Shown: piece after piece, positions 60,209 to 64,000 of the stretch
Numbering within the stretch: the first letter of the stretch is position 1
Layout: the number at the start of each line of letters is the position of its first letter
NCBI GenBank assembly: GCA_963806185.1
Contig: CAWDXE010000006.1
Location: 175,024 to 239,023, forward strand
Source: an uncultured candidate division Zixibacteria bacterium
Lineage (GTDB): Bacteria > Zixibacteria > MSB-5A5 > GN15 > FEB-12
Direction of reading: 5' to 3'
Length of the DNA: 64,000 bases
Notes under the pieces: model-generated
Databases searched by the model: none
What the model saw: the letters and a program-made list of their open reading frames with translations, nothing else
Told to the model about the DNA's origin: nothing
Position numbers and translations under genes: made by a program

Positions 60209-61054
60209 TCAGTTTACTGGATCAAGCAGACGAACGTGACCAACACTATACCGGCCGTCGCCGCCAATAGGTACTATCTTAAGGCGATCATACCCTTCTG
60301 TGGCAATCGCCAATGGAACATCCACCGTATCAACAGCAAGGGCGCCGATCGGACTCGGGTCTCCACCGGTCGTCACGCCGTCGAGCTCCCGATTTTGCCG
60401 CATAAACACGATTCGATACGGAGAGTAATCGGCGACGCTCAACTCCACCCGCCGGTTGTGGGCCAGTGAATCCAGCACCACCGTCATGCCGTTCTGCGCC
60501 ATGATCTGCATGCCGTACAGTGACCACCCCCGGCCGGCTCTTTGCGGTTCTCTCAGTTGGCTGTAGTTTACCTCGATTTGCGGCGCATCGATGTACCGTT
60601 GAAGCAGGAAATCGTATGACTTGAGGTTGAATTTGACAATCTCACCCAGTCGCGACCAGGAGAAGATGTCAGCTTTGGTGAGCATACTCAGGTGATCGTA
60701 GTACCGGGCAAGATTACTGTCGAGCAGCTCATTCTTCCCGCTTCTCATGGTCTGGACGTATCCGACAGGAACAGCTCGTTTGAAATGGCCGATCCGCCAC
60801 ACGTATTTGTCGACAGTCGGGAGTCGAGCAAGGAGCGGATCGCTCAGTCCATCTAATTCGACGAGGCAGAGCTTTGGGCCGGCATAGTAACCGGTCATGC
60901 CGCTGACGTAAGCAAGAACTTTGGTGGTGTCGTTACGCAGCTGTCGACCGTACTTGGCCCACTTGTAGCGATTTGGCTCGGCGGATCCCAGATTGTCGAG
61001 CAGGCCGTTGTTCGGTGAGTACCAGGCACGTTCGTCGGTGATCCCATGCCACAC
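60209..61054 (-). CDS. C-terminal part of a paralog of 54011..55912, truncated by the fold-back junction
   Basis: HGITDE, GYYAGP, DPLLARLPTVD, WRIGHFKR, NELLDSNLARYYDHL, GDGRYSVGHVRLLDP. Confidence 0.8.
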   Translation of the reverse strand: MWHGITDERAWYSPNNGLLDNLGSAEPNRYKWAKYGRQLRNDTTKVLAYVSGMTGYYAGPKLCLVELDGLSDPLLARLPTVDKYVWRIGHFKRAVPVGYVQTMRSGKNELLDSNLARYYDHLSMLTKADIFSWSRLGEIVKFNLKSYDFLLQRYIDAPQIEVNYSQLREPQRAGRGWSLYGMQIMAQNGMTVVLDSLAHNRRVELSVADYSPYRIVFMRQNRELDGVTTGGDPSPIGALAVDTVDVPLAIATEGYDRLKIVPIGGDGRYSVGHVRLLDPVN

Positions 61055-61062
61055 CGGAGCGG

Positions 61063-64000
61063 TCGCTTCGGTGGCATGGGATCACCGACGAACGTGCCTG
61101 GTCTTCCACCGAACAACGGCCTGCTCGACGATCTGAGATGCGCCAACCAATGGCTAAAGTGGCCAAGTACGGTCGACAGCTGCGTAACGACACCACCAAA
61201 GTTCTGCTTACGTCAGCGGCATGACCGGTTATCCCCAGCCCAAACTTTCTGCTCGTCGAATTAGATGGACTGAGCGATCCGCTCCTTGCTCGACTCCCGA
61301 CTGTAGAACAATCGTGTGGCGGATCGGCCATTTGCAAACCAAGCTGTCTTCTATCCGGATACGTCCAGACCATGAGAAGCGGGAAGAAGTGGGCTCGACG
61401 GTGCATCATGTACCCCGGTACTACGATCACCTGAGTATGCTCAGCCAAAGCTGACATCCTTCTCCTGGTCGCGACTGGGTGAGATTGTCAAATTGGACCC
61501 TCAGAGTGATTGGATTTTCCTGCTTAGACGGTACATCGATGCGCCGCAAATCGAGGTAAACTACAGCCAACTGAGAGAACCGCCGAAGGGGGTGGTCACT
61601 GTACGGCATGCAGATCATGGCGCAGAACGGCATGACGGTGGTGCTGGATTCACTGGCCCACAACCGGCGGGTGGAGTTGAGCGTCGCCGATTACTCTCCG
61701 TATCGAATCGTGTTTATGCGGTTCAGGAGCTTGACGGCGTGAGATCGTCAACTGCCCCGAGTCCGATCGGCGCCCTTGCTGTTGATACGGTCGAAGAGTC
61801 CCATTGGCAATTGCCACAGAAGGGTATGATCGCCTTAAGATAGTACCTATTGGCGGCGACGGCCGGTATAGTGTCGGTCACGTTCGTCTTCATCCAGTAA
61901 ACTGAATTGCCGGAGAGATATTCGACTCGCTCAACGACCGCAGCGTGGGTCCTGCGCCATCCGAACTCGATCCGCAGCCGCTAAACTATCCATCCCTCGA
62001 CGGCCCGCTTTTATCGTGTTCTTCGACATTTCCTGATCCAGAAGCGCCACGGTCACACTGCCGAACGGGACTTCGCCGGGACGGTCGGATCATCGAGCAA
62101 CCGCTGGAGAAGTCGGTCGGTGCTTTTGGGCATGGCTCGAGCAGGGTCAGGGTGATTTCACCGGTAATCATGCCGAGGGAATCATCGAATCGCTCATGCT
62201 CGATAGAACGTCCGCAAGCCGTGTCCAGCTCGCCGCGCGCGCGGCAAGGTGCAGGGCATAGGCGTTGTTCGGATTGAGCGCATCGGCAATTCGCACATTG
62301 TGTCGGCTGCGTCGGCGTTCCCCATTTGCATATATGCCTTGGCGTTTTCGATGTAGGCGTCAAAAAACGTGGATCGATACGCAGGAGCTGCCGGGCAAAG
62401 GCGAGAGCGTCAAGCGGCCGTTCTAATAGAGCGCACAGCAAACGTCGGCTCAAATCGTCTGAACCAGATAATGCCCGTAGAATGTCTCCTCCTCCACACG
62501 TGCTTTTGCCGCCTCGCTCAGGTTCTTGTAATAGGCGAGAGGAGGAATGATCGACCGCCGCGGCTCTGCGCAGTTCCCGCGCTTCGCGTCGGCGCGAAAA
62601 TGCGCGATGGCTACCTCGGGATCGCCTGCGATATACACCCAGCAGCAACGCGCCATTGCCCACACAACGGCCAATGCGGCGCGTCTGCTGTAGTGTCGAT
62701 CCAGCAGTTCAACCGCGAGCAACATCGCCGTCGGAACGCCCACGAATGCGAACAGATCCCAATCACGCGCCATGACCAAGGTTGGGATTGAAGACAATCG
62801 CTATGAACCACCACGACCCAGAGATAAAAAGAAAGATCGCCCGATTGTCGCTTCGACTTCCCGAGAAAGGTCACTACCATCACGGCCAGTCCCGGAACCA
62901 GCACAAAGGCCAGATTGAGCAGATCGCCCATGTGCGGGCGAGAAAGCGTCGTCGACCGTGATTTCAATGGCAGTGATCGGCACGAGCGAGAATTTCACAA
63001 ACAGTGACAAGCTCGCCGCGACAACAGCTCCACTGCCATGGCGAGACAAGAGCGCCCACGGGAGCCACCGGCGGCACATTCTGGAGCTTTTTGTTTCGCC
63101 CCGCGAAGTAGTGGGGAAAAATGGTGTAGACCACGACCGGCAGCACGACTACACCGAAGATGTGCCACCGAGCACGAAACACGGCGCGGCGGAACCACCA
63201 ACGGATCCTTCCGTTGCACACGAGGATTTGCAGCCACGGGTAGATCGCGAGGCTCATCGCAAACGGCGCGTAGTTCTCGACATAGCCGAAAAAGAGCAAG
63301 GTTAGCCCGCGGTCGAGATAGGAGCGCAAATGAGAGCAGACGTCGAGGAAGGTCGGGATAGGTCGCTCTCGCGATCAGGCCGAATACCCCCAGCGAGATC
63401 AGACCGGCGGTAATCGACGTAGTCTGGTACGCCGCCAGAGCCGGCTCGGCGGCGTGCCGCTGAAGACCGCGAACAGACCGTCGCGAATCCCCGCCGAAGA
63501 CATCCCATAATCGCCGGGTGGTCTTGCCCTGTTCGAGAAGCGACAGCTGCAGGAATCCGTCGCCGACAAGGGTCGAGTGAGGAGTAACGGAGGGAGAGTA
63601 GGACGACGCTCGACGATCAGCGCGTAGCGCGGTTCGCTGTTCCTCGGCGCGCGGTGTATCACTCAGCCGGAGATCGGCACTGGCGCCGCGCGACAATCAC
63701 GAGAGCGCTTTACCCAGAACGGATATACGCCCACCAGTTGAACGCCCAGACGCGGTATTCCGGAAGGAAGGAGCAGAGGATGTACCGCACCAGCGTCGCG
63801 TAATAGGCGACCAGCAACGGCGTCTCGTTCGATCTGGCGGACCGTCGCGGCGAATGCTTGTGGTGTCTTTTTCTTCACGCACGGCGGAAGATAATCGGTG
63901 AAAGGCTTGATTCGGCAAAAAAAAGCGCGCCGCTGAGGGTTGCGATTCAGCGGCGCGTGCGCGAAGGGTCCACACACGGTAAGAGGGGCAAATTCGCTAA
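61063..64000. other. Error-rich inverted (fold-back) copy of upstream sequence; probable long-read artefact
   Basis: Mirror point at ~61062; reverse complement of ~58100..61060 with many indels, last ~85 nt match 53918..54005. Confidence 0.85.

Noticed and set aside
61046..64000. ORFs in the terminal 3 kb as extra genes or pseudogenes
   Set aside because: Degraded mirror image of upstream sequence

Overview
Bacterial DNA, probably a long-read metagenomic contig. The dockerin and C-terminal sorting-domain style suggests an FCB-group lineage such as candidate Zixibacteria (inference only). 1-23.6 kb is a minus-strand locus of large secreted cohesin/dockerin/Ig-repeat proteins, including a 3033-aa tandem-repeat protein. 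24-34 kb holds a degenerate alpha/beta hydrolase, a CxxC/RSPP leader-peptide gene before an OM beta-barrel and Zn/Mn ABC genes, fprA, a beta-propeller lipoprotein and an S8 protease with a dockerin. The main result is two paralogous radical-SAM RiPP clusters whose precursors are too short for the ORF track. Cluster 1 (37164->34340, minus) encodes MVFIIDPSVVQGPSVCTLKFLCPSKCGIKPLYGVPLYGVEV, a Cys-peptide-type rSAM/SPASM and a PlpX-like splicease. Cluster 2 (47045->49618, plus) encodes MKLIRLPGIDPIEKPHYIICSINGPYKIICSKY, a paralog of the first rSAM and a different second rSAM. The window also has NUDIX, M24, AAA, HEXXH-less M1-like, lemA/TPM and phosphotransferase genes, an IS481 inserted into a REP-like palindrome, a duplicated lipoprotein gene and GT-C/TPR membrane-protein paralogs. 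Everything after about 61062 is an error-rich fold-back copy (likely artefact) that notably lacks a 4.1-kb block bounded by 23-bp direct repeats. Several genes carry single-base frameshifts that look like sequencing errors.
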